A stretch of DNA of 62,886 nt, the filler included, from Asterionella formosa (taxonomy: Eukaryota), in assembly GCA_002256025.1 (NCBI GenBank). It is 9 parts of 9 records of this genome, joined end to end, with 100 filler letters (N's around TTAATTAATTAA, not from the genome) between each part and the next. Parts side by side here need not be neighbours in the genome. Positions count along the whole stretch, not along the records: positions 29,023 to 54,591 come from NKIB01001936.1; positions 54,692 to 56,250 come from NKIB01001937.1; positions 56,351 to 57,909 come from NKIB01001938.1; positions 58,010 to 59,568 come from NKIB01001939.1; 5 more parts are not named here. One strand, 5' to 3'. Position numbers and translations under genes: made by a program. Each line of letters opens with the position of its first letter. The first letter of the stretch is position 1. Shown one piece after another: positions 46,651-59,668 of the stretch. The notes below the pieces were generated by a model. It was not told the origin of the DNA. It saw only the letters and a program-made list of their open reading frames with translations, and did not search any database.

Positions 46651-49600
46651 GCATACACATTGCAATCGAGGAGCAGTGTACACGCTGCCACCTAAATTCA
46701 CGTACTAACTAGACTTCATGCTACTGGAGAAATGAATAGCACAGGGCTTCCCCTTAGTAGTTGTAGTTTGTCTTTGTGACTCGATCTTGGCCACTTTTTC
46801 GAAAGGGAAGATACTGAGAAAAAAAACCGGTAACCATTTGGAAGTGCATAACTCGTATTTGCCGGTGTAATGTGCGAACTTCATTAGGATTGTGATAAAT
46901 GTTTCTGAATTATACCTCCAACAAGGACCAACATTCCTCTTCTTTGGTCTAACTTACTTGTTTTAAGGTGCGATGACCTTATATACCTTAACATGACCTT
47001 GTTGGTTGAGCTAACTATATTTTAAGTTTTTTCTTCTATAAAATCTCGAAAAAAAGAACATATTATTTTATTTATTACTGCATACAATAATTGTATATAG
47101 ATAATATTTTGCTCTGTCTGCTGCCATGCCTGAACATTGCTTGACATTGTAAAGTGAATTTCTTTCACTGTATTGCGCTTGTGGCTAATAGGTTGTTCTG
47201 AAGCCATGAGTACCAGGACCAGCTACTGGTAACAGCGGCTGCAGAGCTTGTGGCTGCACTTTTTGCAGTATCGCAGAGGAGGGGCCTGAATGCATCATAG
47301 TTTAATCATCTCTCCAGGCTTGTTTACTGTTCTCAAAAGTAGCCCACAATCTGAACATTGTATTCCATGCAAATGGTATAGGCAGGTGGGATACATGGGG
47401 TGGACAATGATGACAATCAAAACAAGTGATTTTCTGACATTGGTTGCAAACAAAACTGATTTCTGTATTCTTCAATAGATAATATGAGCCCATCATGCTT
47501 GTTCTTGTAAATATAGCAATTTGTTAGAACAATTGTGGATGTATCAAACACATGATAATAAGATAAAAGAAATGCACCTTTACAAAAAATTCCGTCCCCT
47601 TGATCCTTTTTTGAAATCTATTATGATCATGTATTATATCAGCTTCTCTCCTGACAAGAATTTCTGTACCATGAACTTGGGAACCTAGCCTTTGTATCTG
47701 CTTCACCAATGATTTTTCGCGAGTACCACCAACTTTGCTATGCATCCTAAAGTAGTACATGAAATATTGCAGACAAAAACAGATTGACCCTTACCTGGCT
47801 GACAACATACTCCCAACGCTACTAATGCAACATCCAGATGGCTCTCTATGCCCAGCAGCACCTTTCCCTAGGAAAAGCAATCCACAGCACATTGCTGGTG
47901 AAACAAGACACAATTGACAGATACACACATCAGCCATGTTGCCCAACACTTACTAAACCATATCCGATTGTCAACGACAAAAAAAATCTCCTTGATCCTC
48001 GGATCACCTCTCCACACACAGGGCTTTGCTATGAATTGCAAAAAATCCTTTAGGAAATCTCTCGATGGGAAAACCGACCCCTGCCCCCACCTAAACAATG
48101 GCAATGCATGTAGTCAATGTAAAAATATAAGCATCACCAACCCATTGAAATAATGCTTTTATTTGCCCATTTCTTTGCTCAGTACGCTCCACCTCCACGA
48201 AGACATACCGTTCCGCCGCTACAACCCTCATTCAACGACAACCTTTCATTCCATCAAAACAATAACAAAACAAACGAACGACGACACGCTTTTTCCAAAA
48301 ATCCCCATGAATTCATAAAACCATTGCATCACCAACCAGACACATATTCTGGTGCTGCTGCCTACAAACAACCAGTTGGTAGTATAGGCCTACCACTCCA
48401 TATGCCGGACGCACATCCCAGGTACACTGTTTATTATATATATTATCATACAGTATACATAGTACCTAGTACCGGTATACCAAGTCACATAAAGGCCTGC
48501 CTATGTATGTTATATTTTTTATACTAGTACGAGCAAATATTACCAATGCTCACAAATGCCTCATACATGTGGCTACTTATCGGCTGAGAAATTATACTGG
48601 TCACCATATGCATAGCATACAACTTGGTAGATAAAATATAAACACAATATCCATGAGATACCATACACACCTATGTTAATGGCCATCACGGAAGAAGGGG
48701 TCCAGGTATATGTTGAGATTTCCCTAATAATAGACATAAGTACATTTTATTAGATCTACAGGATGGTGCAATTCATTCTAATAATTATAAATATGCTCAC
48801 TATTTTTGTAAAGTGAAAACTGAGAAAGTTATTCACCTTGCAGGAATAATGCGACATCACAGTGCTATCGGCGACTTCAATTTTAGTTGTCAATATTAGT
48901 GTTATTAAATTAATTTTTTTTATTGTTATTTTCTATATCGTTCTTGATATATGCAACAAATAGCAAAGCGTTGCTCTCAGTTTTCATCGAGAGATTCATG
49001 AGGTCAGCTCGTCCCCTTCCCCAAATTCTACATGGCTTATGTCAAAACCGACATGAGTTGGTCGATACCAAAAGCTGATGCCATGCATACCTTGGCCATC
49101 ACATAGACCAACAGCTGAGCCTATGACTATTGTCATCTGGATCGACACCACTAGGAGGTAAGCCCTAGCCCCAGCCCCAGTCATTTCCCCACCCCCTACT
49201 ACATGGCTGATGTCAACACCGACATGATTGACTGTTGATGCCAAGCAACATTGGCCAACATATAGATCAACAGCTGAGCCTATGTCTATTGATATCTTTT
49301 ACCATCAGGTCAGCCCCTGTATGGCTGAAGTCAAAACAGACATGATTGACGCCAAAAGGTGATCCCATACCACCACCACAGGAGTTGTTGGCATTGAGAT
49401 CACCAGGTCACCCCATAATGCTTTGGCTGAAGTTAGAACTGACATTAATGCCAACAACAGCTGAGCGATACCACCCCTTCCCCAAAGATCAAAACCAACA
49501 TGGTTCCCAACAACGATTCCACACCTTGGCCAACATCCTAACCAAGCAAAGCTGTTGCCACCAGCTGGTCCTACAGCTTGCTTGGCCGACGTTGCTGCCA

Positions 49601-50610
49601 ACAGTTGACCCAGCTCCTTGTATGATACTACCAACAGCTGCTGTTCCTACCTCTTGGCTGACATCTAAACCGGCCGACATTGCTGCCAATTGCTGAGCAT
49701 ATTTTACTGGCTTCGGGAACACAACATATTTTGTAGACACTTCGATGTATATTTTGATGTCATATGATTAAATATTCATCATGTCTTCAGGCAGGTTCGT
49801 GATTATAGATTTAAAATTTTTAAATGTATGCCTTGCTGAATATTCAAGATGCAAAAATAAGACTGGCTGTAATATATATGCATAACTGGCTGATATCAAG
49901 ACTTTTAGATTTCGATATCACAACATTAATATCATAATACATCAACCAGTTTCGAAACCAAATTGGTAGTAAAATTAGAATTGATACCAATTTGATTTGG
50001 ATCAACATTGATAGCAATGTTTCAAATCCTAACTCTATTGCCAACAGTAGGTATCAATTTGGAAACCAAATTGGTAGTAAAATTAGAAGTGATACCAATT
50101 CGGATCCAAATTGGTGCGTAGAAATGTTTCAAACCTGAGAACCCCATGCCAACAATAGCTAGATACCAACTGATTGTAAAATTAAAATTGACACCCATTT
50201 GGATCCATATTTGTATTTCTGTGAAGCTAAATGAATATCACAATAAGGTTAACAGGTTAACCATATCTTCTAATTTTTGCATGATTGGTATCAAAATACC
50301 GATTTGGCAAAATCCCAATTCAGATTTCGGAGATTAAAAACCCGAAAAAGACTCGAAATCCCAATATGGAGTCCAAACTGGGTACTTCTGGGGTCCTGTG
50401 AGGGAACCTATGTCGTACTACTAGGTATAGCTACTGAAAATACCGGTAGTTGCATGTTCATCATATGCCTTTGCTTGTCGATGTGCAAGGTGATGAATAC
50501 CGGTAACAATATATTTGCTTAATCCATTTCAGTTATTTCCTCATGAATACATAACATACCAGGTTGATCACAGCCTACATACCACCGTGTATTATTGTAT
50601 TGCCATCATC

Positions 50611-51485
50611 ACGAAGTAACTTCGACACAATTACCATCTCATCTGTCTCGTCTTCAATCTGTCTATTGTGTAGGGTCATAGGGACGTCATAGGAATAAGA
50701 CTAATGCGAACCGTAGACTAATAGAATAGCGATCCAAGAATAAGCTAAATATAGTAAATGGCTTTTTGAGTTCGTTGCTAGTAAGTAACATGTCCTGTTC
50801 CCAAACTCCAGGTTTGGTCCGTGTCCTTCCTCCGGGATCTGCGGCAGTCGAGTTGCGCTTAGCCGAGGGGGGGGACTTAGGGTGGGTGATTTAGACTATA
50901 AATTGCGAAAGGCTTGGCTTGCGAAAGGCTTGGCGATGCTTTTAGACTGCTTCTTTGAATTGTTATTCAAAGAATTGTGCGCTTTGCCCCACTTAGTACT
51001 ATTTCACTGAAGATAACCTTGCGTGGTTGCTCTTGTCTTTCCTTGTATTAGCTGCTGACTCTTGGTTGTTTGATTCAACTCTAAAAGCTAGAACTTAATA
51101 GTCGCGTTGTCGCTATATTAATGCCTCAGCTTCGACTCATTCGATTCGATTGCGAGTTTATTTGTAGTACTGTAGGGGCTTGCTTCTTTGCATGGCCCTA
51201 TCGCGTCTGTCCTTGTCTAAAATATAAACGAACTAACTTCGACACAATTACCATCTCGTCCATCTTGTCTTTCTCCATCTGTCTATTGTGTAGGGTCATA
51301 GGGACGTCATAGGAATAAGACTAATGCGAACCGTAGACTAATAGAATAGCGATCCAAGAATAAGCTAAATATCGTAAATGGCTTTTTGAGTTCGTTGCTA
51401 AGTAATGTATGTGTCCCGTTCCCAAACTCCGGGTTCGGTCCGGGTCCTTCCTCCGGGTTCTGCGGCAGTCGAGTTGCGCTTAGCC
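50611..51485. repeat. Split direct repeats: B2 (50611-50864), A2 (50865-51227), B1 (51228-51485)
   Basis: Two copies of about 255 bp, roughly 90% identical by eye, separated by a unique 363-bp segment. Confidence 0.9.
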
Positions 51486-54091
51486 AATCCACATTCGAGT
51501 CACGACGAAATTGTTATGCTAGATGAGCCGTGGCATGCGCCTCTCGCCCTGCCATTGTCAAATGAGAGGTGAATGCTGGGGTGTTTGCCGGTGAATGAAA
51601 GAATGTCGTAGTTGTTATCATTTTTTAACTGACAGATTTGGTAAACTCAGCGACCTGTTTGCGAATGTAAGTCAGGAATGCGTCGGATTTCCATCTTCCT
51701 ATTAGCATCACCATGTAATTTGGGACTCCGGAGAGTATCATGGCCATTGCTGCGGCGCTGCGAATGGAGTGTAGACCGATTTCGTGTGGCTCGTAGCCAA
51801 GATGATCTTGACCCAATGTTGTAGCGAGTTGTCGAATGCATTTGATGGCTGTATTGGACTTAGTGTGTACATGCGGCTACCTGACCAGTAGGTGTTGATT
51901 GCAGCGGCAGGTGTTGTCCCAGGAATATCCAGAATCCGATTAACTATGCATGCACTTTGCCGAACAGGACACATAATGGGATCATTGGTGCAACTAAGAG
52001 TGATGGTTTCGTCCTTTTCGCCATTCTTTTGGTCCCGAAATGTGATGCAAATGATGTTGGCGAGATGGTTGGTGGCTCGATGAGTGGTGGTGTCAACCCT
52101 GTCTTGGAAGAAACGCAGGTCTTGAATGCATAGAAGTTTTGTGTGTCGCTCGCCGGTGATTATCAGATATTCACACAAGCGCATGGCGAAGAAACACGCA
52201 AGAATACCGGTAATGAGGGGACCCATGCATGTATCAACCGGAGTACTTTGTTGATAATAAATTTTTTAAATAAATTCGACCGTCAATGTACATTGGTGTT
52301 TCACGGCTGGATCGGTATTTCGGTACGTGGAGAACTGGAGGCGTAGAATTCGGTGAGTTTTGCCATATAGGTTCGTAGCAGGGTCGGGTCTGTCGTGTTC
52401 CACAAAGGTCGCCAATAGAGATGCGATGGTGTCACGGACTGTTGCTGATGCCAGAGGAGTGTCTTGATTCGCGCTGAACTCGGCTTGCTTGACCGCATGG
52501 GTGAAGGCTCCAACAAGGAGTTGTACAGTCGTTGGGATGAATTTCGCCTGCGGCCGCCGCTATTGCAATGGTCGTGATGGAGGCAAGGTATTCGAGTAGG
52601 TTTAAGGATAGTCGGCCCCGGGAGTCCATCGGAATTTCCCACCTCCAGGCTCGACCAGATGTCAACGAAAAACCGCCGATGCCATGTTGACAGGCATCAG
52701 CGCGTAGGAGTACCGTGGGAGCGCGCAGTGTTAATCGGTTTAAACTGATCCCTTGGCGAGCTGTGCGTACAAAAACTAGCCACTGCCGGAGCTCTTCGCA
52801 TTGAAGTTCATCTAACTTTACACTCTTTTTGCTCAGTCGTGCTCTTCTTTCGGCGTGTCGAAGGTGGCATAAAAACGCTCGGGCGGTGGGAATCATGTAT
52901 GATGCATGGTTCAGGCGGCCAATTGTTGTTGCAAGAATGTCACAGTCGACCGTTTTTAGTTGCAGGATGCGATCGATTTCCGCATTGTTCCAGGACATAA
53001 GTTTATCCTGTGGGAGTCTAAGTCGGAGTACTAGCCGTGTATTCACTTCCCAGCCCAGAATGATTTTGGATTCTTCAGGGGAGCCTTCGGCAAGCATCTT
53101 ATCGAATGCTAGTAGGTATTCCCGTTGGAGTGGTTTGCTGTCGGAAACAGGATGGCCCAATAGATGTAACATAAGTAGTGTGATCCTTGAACCCTTCCAA
53201 ATTTGTGTAGGTCGGTCCAGGAAACATGTAAACAAGTCGTCTAAGTAGCAGTCTGGCTGTGAAAGGTGCTAGGTCCACGTGGGGCTTGACCGTCATGGTT
53301 AGTGCGGTTTTGCATGCCGATGTACTGGCGAGGTAACTTGGCGGTTTTACATATTGGTGTCGATGAGGAGATTCTAGCGTTGGGGTAATTTCCGGATCCC
53401 ATAATGCGAAGGCGAGATCATGTTACACGTGTCGCAAGCTAATTCGGAGACGTCGCTCCAGATGCTTGGATTTGGTGCTCCGCCGAATGTCATACGGAGG
53501 GAGAGGAGGGCAATGTCATCGATAATCACTATTGCTTGTGATGCGGTTTGGCCTGATGTGTGTAAGCGTCGATAAGCGGCTTTGAAGTCTAATTTAGTAA
53601 TTAGAATACGTGTGTCCGGCTCGATTCTACGTAGGTCCACAATGTAGTGAATAAATCGCCAGAGAGCCGAGCCTTATCGACAGGGTGTCAGGTTTTCGAA
53701 TATCATGCGGGCGTTCACGGATGTCCCTTTCGAGGACTCGAATGACTGGTCATGTGTCAATAAGTCTTTGGGTATCATTTCCCCATACTTGTTGATCGTA
53801 GCTTGCGTCACTATGCCCATTGGGACTACCACGGCGTGTGGAAGGAGGCGAATTTTCTCTGGAGGGAGGGGTAGTTGCCATCAGCATGCGACTTCTTTAA
53901 GTAGAAGTGTCTTTACTATGGCACTTTTGAGCCGCGCTGATGAGTGATTCCCGCGTGCAATTGCGAGGTCCAGATCTTTTAGGCGTTGGTCTTCGGTGAG
54001 GGGCTTTAGTGGGAAGGCGACACCCATCGTGAGTAAGGTGACCAGTCGTGGCCAGAGTGGATGGTAGGATAGTATTGGTTGTAATAGGTGC
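50611..54091 (-). mobile_element. Ngaro/DIRS-type tyrosine-recombinase retrotransposon, 5'-truncated and decayed
   Basis: RT (ITKLDFKAAYRRLH...LRMTFGGAPNPSIWS), RNase H (LRADACQHGIGGF...LNLLEYLA), YR (FFAMR.CEY, DQKNG, CPVR, GLHSIRSAAAMAM...LIGRWKSDAFLTYIR). 3' end has split direct repeats. Confidence 0.88.
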
Positions 54092-54591
54092 TGTTAAATT
54101 GTCTAGTTGAAATATCACAGATCTTACTTTTAAGATCTCTAAAGCTGAAAACGTATTTTCACTTTACACTTTGTAATATTGTGAGCTTTCTGTTAATAGT
54201 CTATCTAGTCTTGTTCTTGCCTGATTACTCATGTAATCCCGAACAAGACTTCTCACACTTTCCTTGATCCCGTCAAAATGATCTTGCTTACTTTGACAAT
54301 AAGTAAGCATATTCATTTGACAATAAGTGAGCAGCACTTATTCTTTTGACAATAAGTGAGCATCTGATTCACTTGTCAATAAGTAACATCTCCAGTCATT
54401 TGTCAATAAGTAAACATCTCCAGTCCAGTCATTTGTCAATAAGTAAACATCTCCAGTCATTTGTCAATAAATGACGAGATGTTTTGGGTCTTGGTTTCTA
54501 ATCACTACTAAGAATATTGATTCTCGATTCGTTGGATTCCATATATTTTATCACCCTCCCTGATCTCGAAACCAACAATCCATGGTCCCAT
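54092..54591. mobile_element. Putative LTR fragment that truncates the Ngaro element
   Basis: Abrupt start TGTTAAA, AT-rich, internal repeats of (T)TG(A/T)CAATAAGT; cut by a linker. Confidence 0.4.
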
Positions 54592-54691
54592 NNNNNNNNN
54601 NNNNNNNNNNNNNNNNNNNNNNNNNNNNNNNNNNNTTAATTAATTAANNNNNNNNNNNNNNNNNNNNNNNNNNNNNNNNNNNNNNNNNNNN

Positions 54692-55318
54692 GGTGCTACC
54701 GTTCACATCTGCATGGACGTGCGCATGATGGAAGACAAGAAACAAGTGAGTGAAACGGTCGTGGTAGGGAATGGAACGATACGATGACTATACGAAACAA
54801 GAGCGGCTTTCTGACCTGCAAAAGAGATAAAACTCGAAAACTCGAAGCAATGTATCATGTCGAAGGTAATCCGATCATCAAGCAAACGATGATGGAAATC
54901 GAGCAACTACAAGAGAACACTACACAACAATCAATCGACGACTACAACGAAAACGATTGGACGAAAGTTGAAGCAAAGAAAACGAACAAAGGAAAGAACA
55001 AATGGAATAATCAAAATGGTGAGTTTGAAAATAATTATGTGATTGTTGATATTAATGAAGCGCATGCGATGTTTGGTCATGTGGGCGAGAAATGCTTGCA
55101 CGATACGGCGAAATTATTTGAATGGCTGGAAGTTGAGCGGCATCATGACAGTGTGCACAGGCTGTGCGGCAGCGAAAGCGAAAGCACGAGCCGTCCCAAA
55201 AACAACGCAAGAAAAATCGACAGTACCTGGAGAGAGACTGTTTATGGACATCAGCGGACCCTACGCGAAATCCGTTGTAGGTAATCACTTCTGGGTCATG
55301 GCAGTGGACGACTACCGG
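54692..55318 (+). pseudogene. Ty1/Copia pol remnant (protease end, GAG-pre-integrase, integrase start)
   Basis: AHAMFGHVGE...CTGCAAAKAK...PGERLFMDISGPY...NHFWVMAVDDY, with frameshifts. Confidence 0.85.
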
Positions 55319-57245
55319 TATTGTCGCTAGCTTTGTGCAAAGTACTGGAGTACGAGTGAACTACTAGTGCTAGCTTCCACTACGGGTTTAACTGGGAGTT
55401 TAATTTTTTACGACTACGTTCCCGGTACCAATAACAGAACATGGAACATGTATGCTTATTTTATTTATGTCGCAGAGATTTGTAGAAAAGCGCATTTATG
55501 GAAGAGTCGTCTCAATATCGGCACCCAGATTAAAAATACCTAACTCTGGTTTTATCCAGATTTTAATGAGCTTCGAACTACTGGTACCGGTACCGGTAGG
55601 CTATGTAATTGGGATGTGTGTTGTGTGTTGTGCACCACCCCCAACAAGGAGCCGTGTTACAAAATACCGGTAGACAACCTACTCCGAGTACGGGTAATTG
55701 TGATATACACCGGTAGCACTTTTAGTAAGTACCTAGAATAGACCTAGAAAACCGGTACTGCTACTGCTACCGGTACCGGTAGTCTGCTCCATTTTAAGAA
55801 AAAGTAAGTCAAGTTACCTGCCGGTATCATAGTTTTATCCATGGCTGATGAGTGCGAGGATCAACATTCGAAAAATGAAACAAGGCCTACTGGTAAGACA
55901 ATGTGAAGTTTTCACAATGAATTTTGAACGCGAGACTGAATTAGTTGATGTTTCAAATAATTCATTTGACTTTTCGAAATTTCGTTTACGTACGAGTGTT
56001 AATTATGTGGTACTTCACATGCATTAATGCCACTGTTCACGTAAAAAGGTTACTTTTAACGGTTTCATGTGAAGTTTTAACTGTTTCATGTGAAGTTTTC
56101 ACAATGAATTTTGAACGCGAGAATGAATTAGTTGATGTTTCAAATAATTCATTTGAAAGTTCAACTAAGATCCTGCTCTTGAGGCTAATACATTCACAAC
56201 ACGCATTTTACTTAATGAAATAGTAAGGATATTTGTGGTGTCTAATGTCANNNNNNNNNNNNNNNNNNNNNNNNNNNNNNNNNNNNNNNNNNNNTTAATT
56301 AATTAANNNNNNNNNNNNNNNNNNNNNNNNNNNNNNNNNNNNNNNNNNNNTCCCAATCAATGGCAAAGGCACCAGGTAGAGAGCGAGAACCACGAGACTT
56401 ACTCGTCGTGATGCTGCAATAGGAAATGTCGTCGTCGGATCTCATGTGTTTGATCTGTCGTGTAGTTCCTTTTCCACGCTATCTCTCTTTCCCTATTGTT
56501 TCCTTTCTTGATGGGAGTGAATGTGGAATGATTGTCTCATGAGTATGTATTTTACATTGACTTTTTCCATTTGCCAATAAAAACCCGCCACAAAAATGAT
56601 GTCGTGCGGTATTTTCTCCGTAAGATAAACCGTGTTAGTTTTTATATGTCTATCCTACATCATGCTGTATTTTGACTATATCTATTAGGCCAATGATTCC
56701 CGAACCAGTCATACACGGGCACCTAAATAGAATCACGGTATTCATATTTCATACAGTACATCTGTTAATACTACCGGAATAAAAACTCCAACGCCTGTAT
56801 ATGTTCTTTATAGAAACCGTGATTATTTAGTGTGTACTGTACCAAGTGAATAAAATTGTCGCCCAAGTCCCGGTCATATGCCCGTACCGAATCAAAATGG
56901 TCACATGTTATAAAAATGCATATCGATTTAATATTCCAACAACCAAGGACGAAGAAGTTGTATGTACGCATACATGTGTTACACGAGTACAATAGATATG
57001 CAGTTGAATGATGAGTCATTATATCATTCGTGACTGGGTCATTTCATTTCTAATTTGAGGCATTGTGAGGTCACAATGCCGCAAAGCCACAATGCCACCA
57101 ATACTCTGTATTGGTTGGAACCAATCTATTTCTCTACGGCAAATCACGTATGATTCCGATGATTGGGTGGCAGCACTTCACGCCTGCTTACATAGAGTTA
57201 CGTGCGTAGACATTCTAATGAATACCGGTACATAGGAAAATGTCA

Positions 57246-57866
57246 GAGTATGTGTCTGTTAGGCTGTTGATGTCAACAGGTGTCCGAAGACTAAATGTTG
57301 TCCGAGGAATGACCACCGGTGAACGGAAATAGAAAGGATTTATATGGCAAAATAATATGGTTACGAGCGGCGCGAGAAAGATCTTGACGGGTCATTCCAG
57401 GGCAGTACTGGAGTGCCCTAGAGCAGCCGCCAAATATTTCAACATGGTACCGGGCTCGATAGTACAAGTCGTACGAGGAAATACGTGAAAACCAGAGGTC
57501 GACAGATCGAGTCCTCGGCAAGAACAGAAAGAAAAACATGACGAGAAAAAGAAAAGAGACGAAGAAAACGAGAGGGCAATATGAAAGTTCCTGTAGGATA
57601 GGATATGTCGAGGATACACAGTAGGATGATGTTGTATGTCGAGCATCAACAGGGGAGGTTGTCTGAGTGGGTGTCTGTTAGGCTGTTAATGTCGACAGGT
57701 GTCCGAAGACTAAATGTAGTCTGAGGAATGTCTACCGGTAAACGGAATTGACAGGATTTATATAGCAAAATAATATGCAGATGAGCGGCGTGAGAAAGAT
57801 TTTGACTGGTCATTCCAGGGCAGTACTGGAGTGCCCTAGAGTTGGCGCCATATACTATTTCAACAG
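57246..57866. repeat. Direct repeat, about 200-bp units about 419 bp apart
   Basis: GTGTCTGTTAGGCTGTT...GGTGTCCGAAGACTAAATG...GGCAGTACTGGAGTGCCCTAGAG at about 57250-57445 and about 57670-57866. Confidence 0.85.
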
Positions 57867-58012
57867 GAAAATACCTACTACTGTGGCTAGGATCGACAAC
57901 AACAAGGTGNNNNNNNNNNNNNNNNNNNNNNNNNNNNNNNNNNNNNNNNNNNNTTAATTAATTAANNNNNNNNNNNNNNNNNNNNNNNNNNNNNNNNNNN
58001 NNNNNNNNNATA

Positions 58013-58270
58013 GATAGAGACGTTCGTTTCTCTTTCCGTTTCTATATTCTTATTGTGAGTTTACTAATCTAGTTTAGGTTGTTCTGTTTGAACAAACAAA
58101 CGAACTATTCTCCAAATGCTGTTTGCATTTCTAGAAACATACAATCATAGATAGACCCATGTCTATCTCACACTTACTGATCATAGGTTTTTAACCATGA
58201 TCATTCATTTCAAACTATCGGTCTTCCGAAATAGCTTATATTGTCCGGCTCATTATAGTCGGAGTAACAA
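58013..58270 (-). repeat. Inverted partial copy of the adjacent LTR
   Basis: Reverse complement of 58961-59218, 258 bp, one mismatch noticed. Confidence 0.92.
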
Positions 58271-58374
58271 CACTGGCAAGCATTGGAACGCCTACTCGGG
58301 TATTTGTGTCTACATGGGGACATTGCTTGCATGCAGAATGAAACTACGTGCTCCCAACGAGCTATGTATTCAAG

Positions 58375-59219
58375 ATGTCGTGGACAGGGCCTTCGCCTCT
58401 AATCCTGATACACGAAAGATTGTCAGCGGTTATTTAGGCACGATCGGAGGGTGCGCCCTAATTCACTGGATATCAAAAGGACAGGATATCGTAACGCAAT
58501 CAAGCACCGAGTGTGAATATGTTGCACTCAGTAACGGCTCAAAGGAAACTGTCTTCGCAACGAATCTACTTGGCGAAATAACCACCATCGTGATGCCTAG
58601 TCTAATGGGTGAGGACAATACCGGCGCGATTTATTCAACGAAAAATCATCAGGTCGAGGCACGTACAAAACAAATCGACGTAAGATACCACTATGTACGA
58701 GAACAAGTCGAAAACGGAACGATTTAGGTTGACTACGTCAATACGGAAAAGAATCCTGCAGATGTCCTAACTAAAAATGTCACGGACAAGATTATGAACA
58801 TGCACGGATACGCGATCCAAAACGGGATGATGGATTGTTGGAACAAGGAGAGTGTTAAAGTGAGCTCATCTACGTAGTTAGGACTCGGACTCAAACGAGT
58901 CAAACGATTCGAATGAGTCAACTTTGATGTACCAAGCTCTCATCAACCACACATTATACCTTGTTACTCCGACTATAATGAGCCGGACAATATAAGCTAT
59001 TTCGGAAGACCGATAGTTTGAAATGAATGATCATGGTTAAAAACCTATGATCAGTAAGTGTGAGATAGACATGGGTCTATCTATGATTGTATGTTTCTAG
59101 AAATGCAAACAGCATTTGGAGAATAGTTCGTTTGTTTGTTCAAACAGAACAACTTAAACTAGATTAGTAAACTCACAATAAGAATATAGAAACGGAAAGA
59201 GAAACGAACGTCTCTATCA
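58375..59219 (+). mobile_element. Ty1/Copia 3' end: RNase H, polypurine tract and LTR (58853 to about 59219)
   Basis: FASNPDTRK.VSGY...WISKGQ...SSTECEYVAL...EDNTGAI...RTKQIDVRYHYVRE...NPADVLTKN with one internal stop; GGAACAAGGAGAG|TGTT...TATCA. Confidence 0.85.
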
Positions 59220-59284
59220 ATAGTCTTTGTCTAACGATATAGATCTATATCAAAAAAGTAATACTTTAACATGGTAAGACCTGC

Positions 59285-59341
59285 CCTGTTTTTGAGTAGA
59301 AACTGAAAAGATGCGCATAAAACGTGCGCTGCTGGACCTTC
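59285..59341 (-). mobile_element. Terminus of GAAGGTCC (Harbinger-like) family
   Basis: Reverse complement reads GAAGGTCCAGCAGCGCACGTTTTATGCGCATCTTTTCAGTTT, matching the 14089 end; flanked by CTG. Confidence 0.65.
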
Positions 59342-59668
59342 CTGGTACCTGGTACCATAGGTCGGTGATTACTTACTGGGTTGGCAGTATACTGCAGTAT
59401 TGAATAAGAACTCCCCGGGATTTGCTGGATCAGTATACCAGTATACTGTTTCGGTGGTTTCGAAAAACCATACTGTTCAGCCATTGGCTGCAGTATACTG
59501 GTATATAACTGCAGGCCTAAAAAATACTTTTGCAGGCTCGCAGTATACTGGCATCGTAGATACTCTGCNNNNNNNNNNNNNNNNNNNNNNNNNNNNNNNN
59601 NNNNNNNNNNNNTTAATTAATTAANNNNNNNNNNNNNNNNNNNNNNNNNNNNNNNNNNNNNNNNNNNN

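Noticed and set aside
54092..55318. LTR-like segment and Copia integrase as one element
   Set aside because: They are separated by an artificial linker, so adjacency is not evidence.
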